The notes under the pieces were generated by a model. It made no database searches. It worked only from the letters and a program-made list of their open reading frames with translations, and was not told where the DNA came from. Source: Promethearchaeota archaeon (GTDB lineage: Archaea; Asgardarchaeota; Lokiarchaeia; Sigyniarchaeales; SOKP01). Taken from it: DNA of 64,000 nucleotides. The position numbers were made by a program, and so were the translations under genes. The DNA lies in contig JBHLMP010000001.1 in the NCBI GenBank assembly GCA_048938025.1, positions 74,366 through 138,365 of the forward strand. The letters run 5' to 3'. Shown piece after piece: positions 1 to 9,008 of this stretch (within the stretch, counting starts at the first letter, position 1; each line of letters begins with the position of its first letter).

Positions 1-1494
1 CCATTAGCGTCGAGAACAATTCAATTGATAAGAGGAATGTTGACAAAAGAACGGCAAACTCAAAAAGATATTTTACTACGAATAGGAAAAAGAATACATA
101 GACCAACTGTATTTAAAGATTTAAATATTAGATTAACTGCTTTAGGTGGATTTCGTGAAGTTGGGAGATCATGTATTTTAATGCAAACTAGAGATAGTAA
201 TATTTTACTAGATGTGGGATTAAATGTAGGAAATCCTATTGATAAATTCCCTTTTTTTGATATTCCTGAATTCTCAATTAGAGATCTGGATGCTGTTATC
301 ATTTCACATGCCCATCTAGATCACTGTGGTCTTGTGCCATTTCTTTATAAATACGGTTATCTTGGACCAGTCTATTGTACATTACCTACTCGTAATCTAT
401 CTACTATGTTACAATTGGATTTTATACAAATCTGTGAAAAAGAAGGGACTCCACCACCTTATTCTAAAAGAGATGTTAAACAAACAGTACTTCATACAAT
501 TCCACTTTCTTGGGGAAAAGTAACAGATATTGCTCCTGATATTAAATTAACACTCCACAATTCAGGTCATATTTTAGGTTCTTCCATGATTCATTTACAT
601 TTTGGTAAAGGAGGATATAATTTTGTATACACAGGAGATTTTAAATATCAAAAAACACGTTTACTTGAAAAAGCTAATGTCAAGTTTCCTAGAGTAGAAA
701 GTTTACTTATCGAATCTACTTACGGTGGACCACAAGATCGCATCCCAAGCAGACAAGAATCTGAGAGAGAACTCAGACAAATTTTAAATACAACACTTAA
801 AAGGGGAGGAAAAGTTCTAATTCCTGTTTTAGCAGTTGGACGAGCACAAGAACTAATTATCGTTTTAGAAGAATATATTTCTAAAGGATTAATTGATAAG
901 GTACCAATATTTCTTGATGGGCTGATTTCAGAAGCAACAGCAATACATACGGCAAATCCTGACTTTCTTAGTTCAGATTTGAGAGAAAAAATCTTACATC
1001 AAGGAAAAAATCCTTTTTTATCTGACTATTTTGAGACGGTCAGTTCTCAAGATGAAAGATTAGATATTGTACAAGGTGGTCCTTGTATAATCTTAGCAAC
1101 TAGTGGTATGTTAATCGGAGGTCCTTCAGTGCAATATCTTAAAGCTTTGGCAGAAGATAGCAACAATTCGTTAATCTTTGTGTCTTATCAAGTACAGAAT
1201 ACTTTAGGTTCGAGACTTCAAAAAGGCTTCAGAGAATTTCAGTATGTAGATGCCAAAGGTAGAACACAACTCGTAAAAGTTAACTTAAAAATCTTTACAC
1301 TTGAAGGATTTAGCGGTCACTCATCACGGAGCCAAATATCTCAATTTTTACGGAGAATCCAACCAAGACCTAAACTAGTTATTGTAAACCACGGAGAAGA
1401 ATCAAAATGTGTAAGTTTGTCGACAATGATACATAAAAAATTACGTAAAAGTACGAAGAGTCCTAAGAATTTAGAGACAATTTTATTGAAATGA
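1..1494 (+). CDS. fttA: Archaeal beta-CASP ribonuclease aCPSF1 / transcription termination factor FttA, 5'-truncated by the window edge
   Basis: Frame is open from base 1. Motifs LGGFREVGRSC, SHAHLDHCG, GHILGS, YTGDF, ESTYG, FSGHS and NHGE match the MBL/beta-CASP aCPSF1 family; the N-terminal KH region would lie upstream. Confidence 0.93.
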   Translation, partial: PLASRTIQLIRGMLTKERQTQKDILLRIGKRIHRPTVFKDLNIRLTALGGFREVGRSCILMQTRDSNILLDVGLNVGNPIDKFPFFDIPEFSIRDLDAVIISHAHLDHCGLVPFLYKYGYLGPVYCTLPTRNLSTMLQLDFIQICEKEGTPPPYSKRDVKQTVLHTIPLSWGKVTDIAPDIKLTLHNSGHILGSSMIHLHFGKGGYNFVYTGDFKYQKTRLLEKANVKFPRVESLLIESTYGGPQDRIPSRQESERELRQILNTTLKRGGKVLIPVLAVGRAQELIIVLEEYISKGLIDKVPIFLDGLISEATAIHTANPDFLSSDLREKILHQGKNPFLSDYFETVSSQDERLDIVQGGPCIILATSGMLIGGPSVQYLKALAEDSNNSLIFVSYQVQNTLGSRLQKGFREFQYVDAKGRTQLVKVNLKIFTLEGFSGHSSRSQISQFLRRIQPRPKLVIVNHGEESKCVSLSTMIHKKLRKSTKSPKNLETILLK

Positions 1495-1784
1495 GGAAAT
1501 CTCTAAGGAGAAAAAACCTAATGGAGACTTGGACAATCCCCAACAATTTGTCCTCATATGAATATACTATTTAAAGCAAACACTAAAATTAATAAACCTT
1601 AGCTCCAAGATTTTATTAGAACACTCTCATTATCATCCGGCAAGTTCCCTTTTCTGATATGGATTTTCGAATATATTGAAATTACTTTCTAAAGGTTTAG
1701 ATATTAAATTTAATTCTAGTTCTAAAAATTAATTTTTTTAAATAGTATTAATTACTATGTCTAAATAGAATTTAGTGGTATTAT

Positions 1785-2726
1785 TTGAATATTAAAATCT
1801 CCAGACTAAAAAATCGATCAATTACAATAATTAGACATATTGTTCAAATTATAGCTTTCTTATTGATAAATTATATTATTTTAGAAATAATTTTCTCGAT
1901 AAATTTATTACGTTTAGAGGGGATAATAAAATTTTTGCCTGTTTTAAACTCTCCCAGAAACCCACTTTCAGAAGGGGCAGGTATTCTTGAATACATCTTT
2001 TTCTTTCTCGCAGAAGGAATATTTCCATTCCTACTTTTAGGGATTCTTATTTTAATAATATTATTTACTAATAGATTTTTTTGCGGATGGATATGCCCCA
2101 TTGGGACAATTCAGGATGCATGTGCAGCAGTACCAACAAAAAAAAGAACAATCAAAATAGATACTCACAATAGCTTATTAAGAATCAAATATATAATTGT
2201 TATTTTTATGTTAATAATCCTTCTTCCTTTAGGTATCTCAAGAGTAACCAATTACTCATTTTATCTGCAATTTAAAGAAAATTTAGGTGACCTATCCAAG
2301 AAACCTTTGGGATATTTCTCACTATCGGAGTATATTTTTGTTTTCCTCCCTAATATGATTAAAGATATATTTACTTCTGGAAGCTTAGCACCATTATTTG
2401 CTACTGTATTATCTTTTTTTATATTCTTTATCTATTTAATTCTCATAATTTTATCAATATGGTATCCAAGAGTATATTGTAGATATTTTTGCCCATTTGG
2501 AGCTGTTGCATCTACTATAAGTGAATATTCATTATTGAAACTTTCAAGAAGCCCTGTAAGATGTGTAGGAAGAGCGGACTGTGGAATCTGTGAAAAAGTT
2601 TGTCCAAAACAAATAAGAATCTTAGAAGAACCTTTTGAATTTTTTACAGGTAAAGGTGAATGCAATTTATGTTTAAAATGTAAGGAAGAATGCCCATATA
2701 AAGCAATAAGTATAAAATTTGGATAA
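1785..2726 (+). CDS. Membrane 4Fe-4S binding protein (NapH/MauN/YccM-like)
   Basis: Several transmembrane segments, two CxxxCP motifs (FFCGWICPIG, YCRYFCPFG) and a C-terminal ferredoxin pair (CGICEKVCP, CNLCLKCKEECP). Confidence 0.85.
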   Translation: MNIKISRLKNRSITIIRHIVQIIAFLLINYIILEIIFSINLLRLEGIIKFLPVLNSPRNPLSEGAGILEYIFFFLAEGIFPFLLLGILILIILFTNRFFCGWICPIGTIQDACAAVPTKKRTIKIDTHNSLLRIKYIIVIFMLIILLPLGISRVTNYSFYLQFKENLGDLSKKPLGYFSLSEYIFVFLPNMIKDIFTSGSLAPLFATVLSFFIFFIYLILIILSIWYPRVYCRYFCPFGAVASTISEYSLLKLSRSPVRCVGRADCGICEKVCPKQIRILEEPFEFFTGKGECNLCLKCKEECPYKAISIKFG

Positions 2727-2890
2727 ATTTGACAAAGTTTGGAAAGAAAATATAGAATAAAAAATAAAATCACTTCCTTATTTAATACAAAAAATTTCAA
2801 TTTTTTACAAAAATCTAAATGATAGATTTTCTAATCTTTTATCAAAAGCAATGATGTATTATAAGCTAAATTTTATATCACAATAAAGCA

Positions 2891-4093
2891 ATGGATCCAA
2901 AAACAATTGAACAATTAGGAAACCGGATGAAGAGAGATGTAAATGTAGGTATCCATGGGATATTAGATTCAGAAGCTACTAGATATTATGAAGAAGAAAG
3001 CAAAGATATTAGACCACCTTTCTTTAGAGATGTTGACCGAATTGTACATTCAAAAGCCTTCAGCCGTTATATCGACAAATCACAAGTCTTCTTTGATGTA
3101 AATAACGCAAATATAACTCATAGGTCTCTGCATGTAACTTTAGTCTCAAGAGTTAGCAGACAAATAGGACGTGTTCTAAGATTAAATACTGATTTAATTG
3201 AAGCAATAGCTCTAGGACATGACATAGGTCATAGCCCTTTCGGTCATATAGGTGAAGAAATACTAAATGAAATCAGCAAAAGATATAATATGGGAAATTT
3301 TAGCCATAATGCTCAAGGTATAAGATGGCTTTCTTATCTTGAAAAAAGATATCCTAAAAAGCCTGCTAAGGGTCTTAACTTAACTTTGCAGGTTCTTGAT
3401 GGTATTCTTTGTCATGATGGTGAAGTGAATGAGCAAAAATTGAAACCTCTTAAAAGAAATGGAAAAACTTGGGATGAGCATCTAAGAGAATATGAAGATT
3501 CTTTCAATGAAAATGAAATAAAGAGAATCCCAATGTCTTATGAAGGCATTACTGTAAGATTTGCTGATACTATATCATATATTGGGAGAGATATTGAAGA
3601 CGCTATCTTGTTAGGCCTTTTAAATCGAAATGATCTACCTAACTCATGTAAAAAAATTTTAGGAGATACAAATCCTAAGATAATAAATACTTTAATAACC
3701 GATTTATTAAACTTTAGTTTAGACAATGATGTAATCGGCTACAGTGATGATATTTTTCAAGCTTTAAAAGAATTAAAATCATTTAATTATAGAAAAATCT
3801 ATAATAGACGAGATTTATTAAAAAAAAATTCTTTGGATAAAACTTTCATCGATAAGTTAAAAGAAAGATTCGAATTAATTTTTAAACATTGTCTAAAAGA
3901 TTTAGAAGAAGAAAATTACAATTCACCGATCTTTAAGGACCACGTAGAATATATTGATGACGAAAATTTCTCTATTTATTTTAACACCCTTAAAGATCAA
4001 AATAAATTACCCTTAATTGTGAGAGATTATATAGCGGGTATGTCTGATAGATACTTTAGCGAAATCTATATAAAATTTCAAAAACACCTTTAG
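2891..4093 (+). CDS. HD-domain dNTP triphosphohydrolase (dGTPase-like)
   Basis: FFRDVDRIVHSKAFSR, KSQVF, HRSLH, HDIGHSPFGHIGE, FSHNAQG, ADTISY and DYIAGMSD motifs. Confidence 0.9.
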   Translation: MDPKTIEQLGNRMKRDVNVGIHGILDSEATRYYEEESKDIRPPFFRDVDRIVHSKAFSRYIDKSQVFFDVNNANITHRSLHVTLVSRVSRQIGRVLRLNTDLIEAIALGHDIGHSPFGHIGEEILNEISKRYNMGNFSHNAQGIRWLSYLEKRYPKKPAKGLNLTLQVLDGILCHDGEVNEQKLKPLKRNGKTWDEHLREYEDSFNENEIKRIPMSYEGITVRFADTISYIGRDIEDAILLGLLNRNDLPNSCKKILGDTNPKIINTLITDLLNFSLDNDVIGYSDDIFQALKELKSFNYRKIYNRRDLLKKNSLDKTFIDKLKERFELIFKHCLKDLEEENYNSPIFKDHVEYIDDENFSIYFNTLKDQNKLPLIVRDYIAGMSDRYFSEIYIKFQKHL

Positions 4094-4182
4094 ACTAAAT
4101 TCATTCGCTTGAAATTTATTTTATATATATCATCAAAAGATGATAAGATCCTTATAATACATATTTATAAATATAAAAAGGG

Positions 4183-4356
4183 TGGATTACACATTTGAGG
4201 ATAATTCATAAAAAGCTATCTCAGTTTTACGGGGTTTTTTTCAGTCATTCCCGAAATTTGGACTTCAATCCAAATTTTCACGGGGTTTTTTTAAAATTAG
4301 GTTTTTTTAAACTGATATCTTTTTCTATCCTCCAGTTTAAATGTATGTGTAATCCA
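4183..4356. ncRNA. Putative structured ncRNA or non-autonomous element: long nested hairpin with central bubble
   Basis: Perfect 12-bp inverted repeat TGGATTACACAT (4183-4194) / ATGTGTAATCCA (4345-4356); nested GAGGATA/TATCCTC and AAAAAG..TCAGTTT/AAACTGA..CTTTTT; apical AAATTTGGA-CTTCAA-TCCAAATTT; no ORF. Confidence 0.5.
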
Positions 4357-4528
4357 AGTTAAATAATATAGATCTTAGTAAATAAATCTATCTTTTTTGA
4401 CAAAAAAATAGTCAAAATATATTGATGAGATTTTGCGAGTCCTCTTTTAGTTTTAGACAATTGAGAAAGGTTTTTTAAAGTAATCAAATTATATTTTACA
4501 AGTATTTTTTCAATATTCTTTTTGTTTT

Positions 4529-4601
4529 AGCCCAGTAGTGTAGAGGTCAAGCATCGGGGGCCCTGAACCCCTGGACCACGGTTCGAATCCGTGCTGGGCT
4601 A
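4529..4601 (+). tRNA. tRNA-Gln(CTG), intronless, CCA not encoded
   Basis: Acceptor stem AGCCCAG/CTGGGCT with A1-U72, anticodon arm GGGGG-CCCTGAA-CCCCT, T arm CACGG-TTCGAAT-CCGTG. Confidence 0.93.
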
Positions 4602-4654
4602 TTCTCAATATTTTAAATTTTATTAGGGGAGTTAACCTTAGATTCCTATTAAAT

Positions 4655-5008
4655 TTAACCAGTTCGTTTAATAATATGGTAACCAAATTGAGTTTTTATT
4701 GGTTGAGAAATTTCTCCTATTTTCAATTTAGTGCACGCATTCCAGAATTCAGAAACCATATCACCTTTGGAAAAATCTCCTAAATTTCCACCTTTCTTTT
4801 TACTAGAACAACTAGAATGTTGTCTTGCTAACTGTTCAAAACTTTCTCCTGCTTTTAAATCTTCATAAAGTTCCTGTGCTTGACTAAGCTTATTAACTAA
4901 AATATGACTTGCCTTTATTTTCCCACTACGGATAGCTGCTCCACCAGTTCTTACACTAGAAACCTCTTTTTTCTTCTGATAATCCTTACCATATTTTGGT
5001 TTACCCAT
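4655..5008 (-). CDS. Parvulin-type peptidyl-prolyl cis-trans isomerase with a basic N-terminal tail
   Basis: ASHILV, FEQLARQHSSC, GGNLG and TQFGYHII motifs. Start moved to the ATG at 5008 (MGKPKY) because the longer track ORF overlaps the upstream gene. Confidence 0.9.
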   Translation of the reverse strand: MGKPKYGKDYQKKKEVSSVRTGGAAIRSGKIKASHILVNKLSQAQELYEDLKAGESFEQLARQHSSCSSKKKGGNLGDFSKGDMVSEFWNACTKLKIGEISQPIKTQFGYHIIKRTG

Positions 5009-5075
5009 AATGATTTCAAGAGAAAATTTAAATGATATATAATTAAAAAAGAGAAAAATTTTTTCTAAAAATAAT

Positions 5076-5501
5076 CTAATTGACAATTAAATATCTAAAA
5101 TTTTTAATTCCTTCAATACTATTTATTTCAACAACAATTTCTTGAAAATCAGAAAGTTCTCCATTAAACATCAGATAAATTATTGTTTTATGATCAACAA
5201 AATTTTGATTCTTACTTACAATCTGATCTTTATAAATATTTTCAATTCTATTTAATTTTTTCAGAACATTCCCATCATTAGGTGCTACAATTATCATATT
5301 TCCAATAATATTTTTATTTTTTGAGGTAAATTCACTATAAGTATCAATATTATATGTATCGATATTAGAAGTATCAACAGTTGACATTAATCGCAATAAG
5401 GCATCTCGAATTAATTTAGACTTGTTATCATAATTTAAAGGTACTAATTTATTTATGAATTTTTTTAAACTTTCACTTATATTAAATGACACAATTGGAA
5501 T
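5076..5501 (-). CDS. Ribbon-helix-helix (CopG/NikR-like) regulator with an ACT-like C-terminal domain
   Basis: PIVSFNISESLKKFINKLV..YDNKSKLIRDALLRLM fits an RHH domain. Start inferred at ATT 5501 (SD AGGTG at 5509-5513); the track starts at GTG 5492. Confidence 0.7.
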   Translation of the reverse strand: MPIVSFNISESLKKFINKLVPLNYDNKSKLIRDALLRLMSTVDTSNIDTYNIDTYSEFTSKNKNIIGNMIIVAPNDGNVLKKLNRIENIYKDQIVSKNQNFVDHKTIIYLMFNGELSDFQEIVVEINSIEGIKNFRYLIVN

Positions 5502-5584
5502 ATTTTAACACCTATAATATTAATAATCGTATTAAAATATATATCGAATATAACTATATAAATATTTTGAGAGGAAAAAAAAAA

Positions 5585-7951
5585 TCACAATTTAATGGAT
5601 CGAGCAATTACGTCCTTAAATTTTTCAACATCTTCCACTAATCGATCGGCGTTTTCATCGCTGATTTTATCATCTTTTTTATATTTATTCAGCTCTGTGA
5701 GCCAATACTCAATTCTGTCAAGGATCGCTTTTTCTTTGTCTCCTAAAAGTTTTCTTAACCTAATAAAAGTATCATGGAGTTTATTTCTAATATTTTGTGC
5801 TTTCCATCTTAACATACAATAATCGGAAATTTCAGCTAAATTCTGGGTAATTGCCATTATATCTATGGTTTTTTCACGTTCTTCTGATTTGATTTTGCGA
5901 ATGAGGTTAATCTCTTCAAATAATAATTCAATGATTTTTGCCAAGAATCCCGCCAATTGCGATGGTGTCCCACTCCAAACTCTAACTTCTAATGATTGAT
6001 TAGCTTCGGAAACATAAATTCGTGTTATAATACGTCCTCCACCGATTTTAGCTTCACTACAGTGCCAACTTTCTGCTTCATATTTTCCTTTGACGTCACT
6101 TCCCTCATGGGAAGTTACTGTACTTACTTCAAAACGTTTTATAGTTCTGATTGCAGCTCGAAAAGCAAGCCTTGGATCTATATCTGCAATTAAAAATGCT
6201 CGGGCATCATTCGGTAGGTCTGCGATTGCTATTTGAATATCCTCGATTGTTGCTAAACATGAAACAACTAGGGGACATTTAATCTGAACCTCTTTTTTCC
6301 TTATAGGGATGGTGTTTTTTGCTCCTGAAGCTATTTTATAGATTACATCACCCCCTATTGAAGAAATTCCGCATTGTTTTGGTTCCAAATAAAAATCTAC
6401 TCCTCGAGAATTTTTTGACTCAATAACAGGTATATTAATCAATGGATTTTTAGTTTTATAACTAGATGGAACATCTAAAATAACTTTTACTGAATGTATT
6501 GCCATATCAGTTTTATTTCTGACAGCCACCTTAAAATGTAGCTGACCCCCAATAAAATCATAATCACGAACTACTTCAATTTTACCTTTATCTGAAGGTT
6601 CATTAACTTTTGGTTTTGCACTAGATTTTTCTTCTATTGGTACACTATATGCTACAAACAATTTTTTATGCATGTCAATATATCCATCAATATCTCCCCT
6701 ACCAATTAAAATTGCTAGATTTTCTTCAATACTCGATTCTGTAACCCCTAATCTACTTGAAAGTTCTCGTAAAGGCATAGTTCTATAAGCTCTTGCAAAT
6801 TCCCTTATTTTAGTTTCAAGATGTTTACTTGTCATAAATTCTCTTCGTTGAGTAAAAAGACCCTTTATAGAACCAGTCTTAATTAATTCATGAAGGCTTT
6901 TTCTTGCTAATTCTATAGCAATTTTTAATTTTTCAGCAAGTTTAGAAAGTTCAAATAATCCCTGTTCCTTGGAATAGTTTTTGATTTCCTTAAAAATCTG
7001 ATCTGACGTAATAATTTCATTTCCTCTATCAGCAAAGAACCCATTTATCTCTTTTGTTCTCATTAAATTAACACAGAAAGACTTGACAAGTTCACTTGGA
7101 ATAATGAAGATTTTTGCCAAATCTTTAATTGAAATTCTGCCCTTTTTCTTGATTTCTTTTATTAAATTATCCATGATATACTGTTGTGTATAATAATTTG
7201 CTTTATCACGTGAAAAAGAGCCTTTTATCTGAAATTGCTTAATTAATTTGTAGATAGCTTTAATTGCTACTTCTGAGCTCATATCTAACATTATTGCTAA
7301 ATCTGCAACTTTAATAATTCCCTCAACTTGAAGTTTTGAAACTAAACTTTCATTCATTTCAGACGAGATGTAATAAAACATTTGACTTTTTTGATCTATA
7401 ATTCCATAAATCCTTTCTTCATCCAAATATTTATTAATGAATTTAATCAATTGTTCAGCTGAAATATTAAATGAATTCATTATAGTCGAAAAATTTGTAG
7501 CTGGTCCTCTTTTCAGAAGATCTAAAAAGCACTTTGGGCAAATTTCTTTTCCTATTATATGTCTTAATCTTTTACTACACAAAATTAGTCTATTTCCCTT
7601 AATAAGATCATATCTTATAGCTTCTCTTGCGAGTTTCTCTTTTGATGGGAAGAACAGACCCGGTGTTTTTAAATAAGAATTCCATCCACACTTATTATTC
7701 GTACATTGTAAATAGTGCTGCCCAGAAGATAATCTTTCTAATGTTAAAAGAGATTTACAATCGGGGCATTCACTATCTTCAACAACAGTACATTTATAAT
7801 TCGTTTCTATAGCTTTTGCTTTTGAATATATAAGATTATGTTTTTTGCATTCATGGATCTCTGTTGTAGCAATATGATTAATACAAAAACTAGATTTGCA
7901 TTTCTCGCAAGTAAAATCGATTTTCTGGCTTTCACAGAATAAACATTTCAT
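5585..7951 (-). CDS. Multidomain protein: AN1-like and C4 zinc fingers, about five winged-helix/PCI-like repeats, Ig-like appendage plus platform-like domain, helical C-terminus
   Basis: CxxC-x8-CxxC-x4-CxxH-x6-HxC; repeats such as LRELSSRLGVTESSIEENLAILIGRGDIDGYID; beta-sandwich segment IEVVRDYDFIGGQLHFKVAVRN. Confidence 0.65.
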   Translation of the reverse strand: MKCLFCESQKIDFTCEKCKSSFCINHIATTEIHECKKHNLIYSKAKAIETNYKCTVVEDSECPDCKSLLTLERLSSGQHYLQCTNNKCGWNSYLKTPGLFFPSKEKLAREAIRYDLIKGNRLILCSKRLRHIIGKEICPKCFLDLLKRGPATNFSTIMNSFNISAEQLIKFINKYLDEERIYGIIDQKSQMFYYISSEMNESLVSKLQVEGIIKVADLAIMLDMSSEVAIKAIYKLIKQFQIKGSFSRDKANYYTQQYIMDNLIKEIKKKGRISIKDLAKIFIIPSELVKSFCVNLMRTKEINGFFADRGNEIITSDQIFKEIKNYSKEQGLFELSKLAEKLKIAIELARKSLHELIKTGSIKGLFTQRREFMTSKHLETKIREFARAYRTMPLRELSSRLGVTESSIEENLAILIGRGDIDGYIDMHKKLFVAYSVPIEEKSSAKPKVNEPSDKGKIEVVRDYDFIGGQLHFKVAVRNKTDMAIHSVKVILDVPSSYKTKNPLINIPVIESKNSRGVDFYLEPKQCGISSIGGDVIYKIASGAKNTIPIRKKEVQIKCPLVVSCLATIEDIQIAIADLPNDARAFLIADIDPRLAFRAAIRTIKRFEVSTVTSHEGSDVKGKYEAESWHCSEAKIGGGRIITRIYVSEANQSLEVRVWSGTPSQLAGFLAKIIELLFEEINLIRKIKSEEREKTIDIMAITQNLAEISDYCMLRWKAQNIRNKLHDTFIRLRKLLGDKEKAILDRIEYWLTELNKYKKDDKISDENADRLVEDVEKFKDVIARSIKL

Positions 7952-8160
7952 AATTTGAAATTCTTTTTAGTTTTTGAGTCTATATAATATTTAAGAAAAT
8001 TTATGCTTATTATTTTTTATATAGACCAATTTTATTTTTTTAATTACAATGGAATTTTCTATAGATTTTTAAATTTTTTATTTTACTTTATTTAATAGCA
8101 TCTGAAATAGCTAAAAAATAAAATTCTTGTTCCTCAATAATAGAGGAGGTATATATTTCA

Positions 8161-8889
8161 TTAAAATTTTACTTCTGGGAAAACACGAATCTGTAGAAAA
8201 GATAAAATCATAACGATAGCGTTGAAAACAATTATAATTAAAATCATGATTATTAAAATCCTATTTTTTCTAGAATACTTTGGTTTTATAATTTGAGATG
8301 TTCCATGTTTTGCTAAAGCTAAAGGAAACAAACCTATAAACGTACCTAGTGAAAAATAAAAAACAATAAAAAGGCCATCAATAAATCCAAAATCGGCACT
8401 TAATGAATATTGCAAAGCCTGAGAATAAATGATCAACTCAAAAATACATGGAGCAAATCCAGCTAAGATTCCAAAAAGATATGGGGTTTTCTTTTTTTCC
8501 CAATCAAACTGAAAAATCTCATCTATGTGTTTTGAATGAGGTAGATAATCTCTTCTCATAATAAAAAATAATAAAATAAATCCTGCAAACATCGAGGTAA
8601 CTGCTCCAAAAAAATTAATTGTATAAACATCAGGAATTATATCAGGAACAAAAATTTTTGGAATAAGAGTAATAGAAATTGTTATTGTCGCTATTATTAA
8701 ATTGGAGGACATCAAACCTAACCCATACAACACTAATATGAATACACTTCTTTTGGGTGTTTTTGATATACCAAATGACCAAAAAAAGAAAATTGCCTTA
8801 TCTTCACATGGTATAAAAGTATGCAATATTCCTAAAAGGAATGCAGGTGTAAAAACTAAGATTAATGGAGGCGGATAAAATTCAAACAT
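8161..8889 (-). CDS. Membrane protein, RcnA/UreH/DsbD_2-like (possible Ni/Co transport or metal handling)
   Basis: About six transmembrane helices; FLLGILHTFIPCEDK, GILAGFAPC and FSLGT motifs. Confidence 0.55.
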   Translation of the reverse strand: MFEFYPPPLILVFTPAFLLGILHTFIPCEDKAIFFFWSFGISKTPKRSVFILVLYGLGLMSSNLIIATITISITLIPKIFVPDIIPDVYTINFFGAVTSMFAGFILLFFIMRRDYLPHSKHIDEIFQFDWEKKKTPYLFGILAGFAPCIFELIIYSQALQYSLSADFGFIDGLFIVFYFSLGTFIGLFPLALAKHGTSQIIKPKYSRKNRILIIMILIIIVFNAIVMILSFLQIRVFPEVKF

Positions 8890-9008
8890 TTCTCTTATGA
8901 AGATTCAATTTTTCAATTATTATAGCATTTTCTTTTCTGTGAATATATTTTCAATGATCATATTTAGAATTTTTTATTATATTAAAAGGAACTTCATAAT
9001 CACAACTC

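Noticed and set aside
1491-1535. SECIS-like ATGA..AAAA..GA hairpin
   Set aside because: The ATGA overlaps the aCPSF1 stop at the normal end of the protein, the stem pairs poorly, and no selenoprotein is adjacent.
5009-5086. N-terminal extension of the parvulin given in the ORF track
   Set aside because: It overlaps the upstream gene's stop and spans AT-rich promoter-like DNA; ATG 5008 is more plausible.
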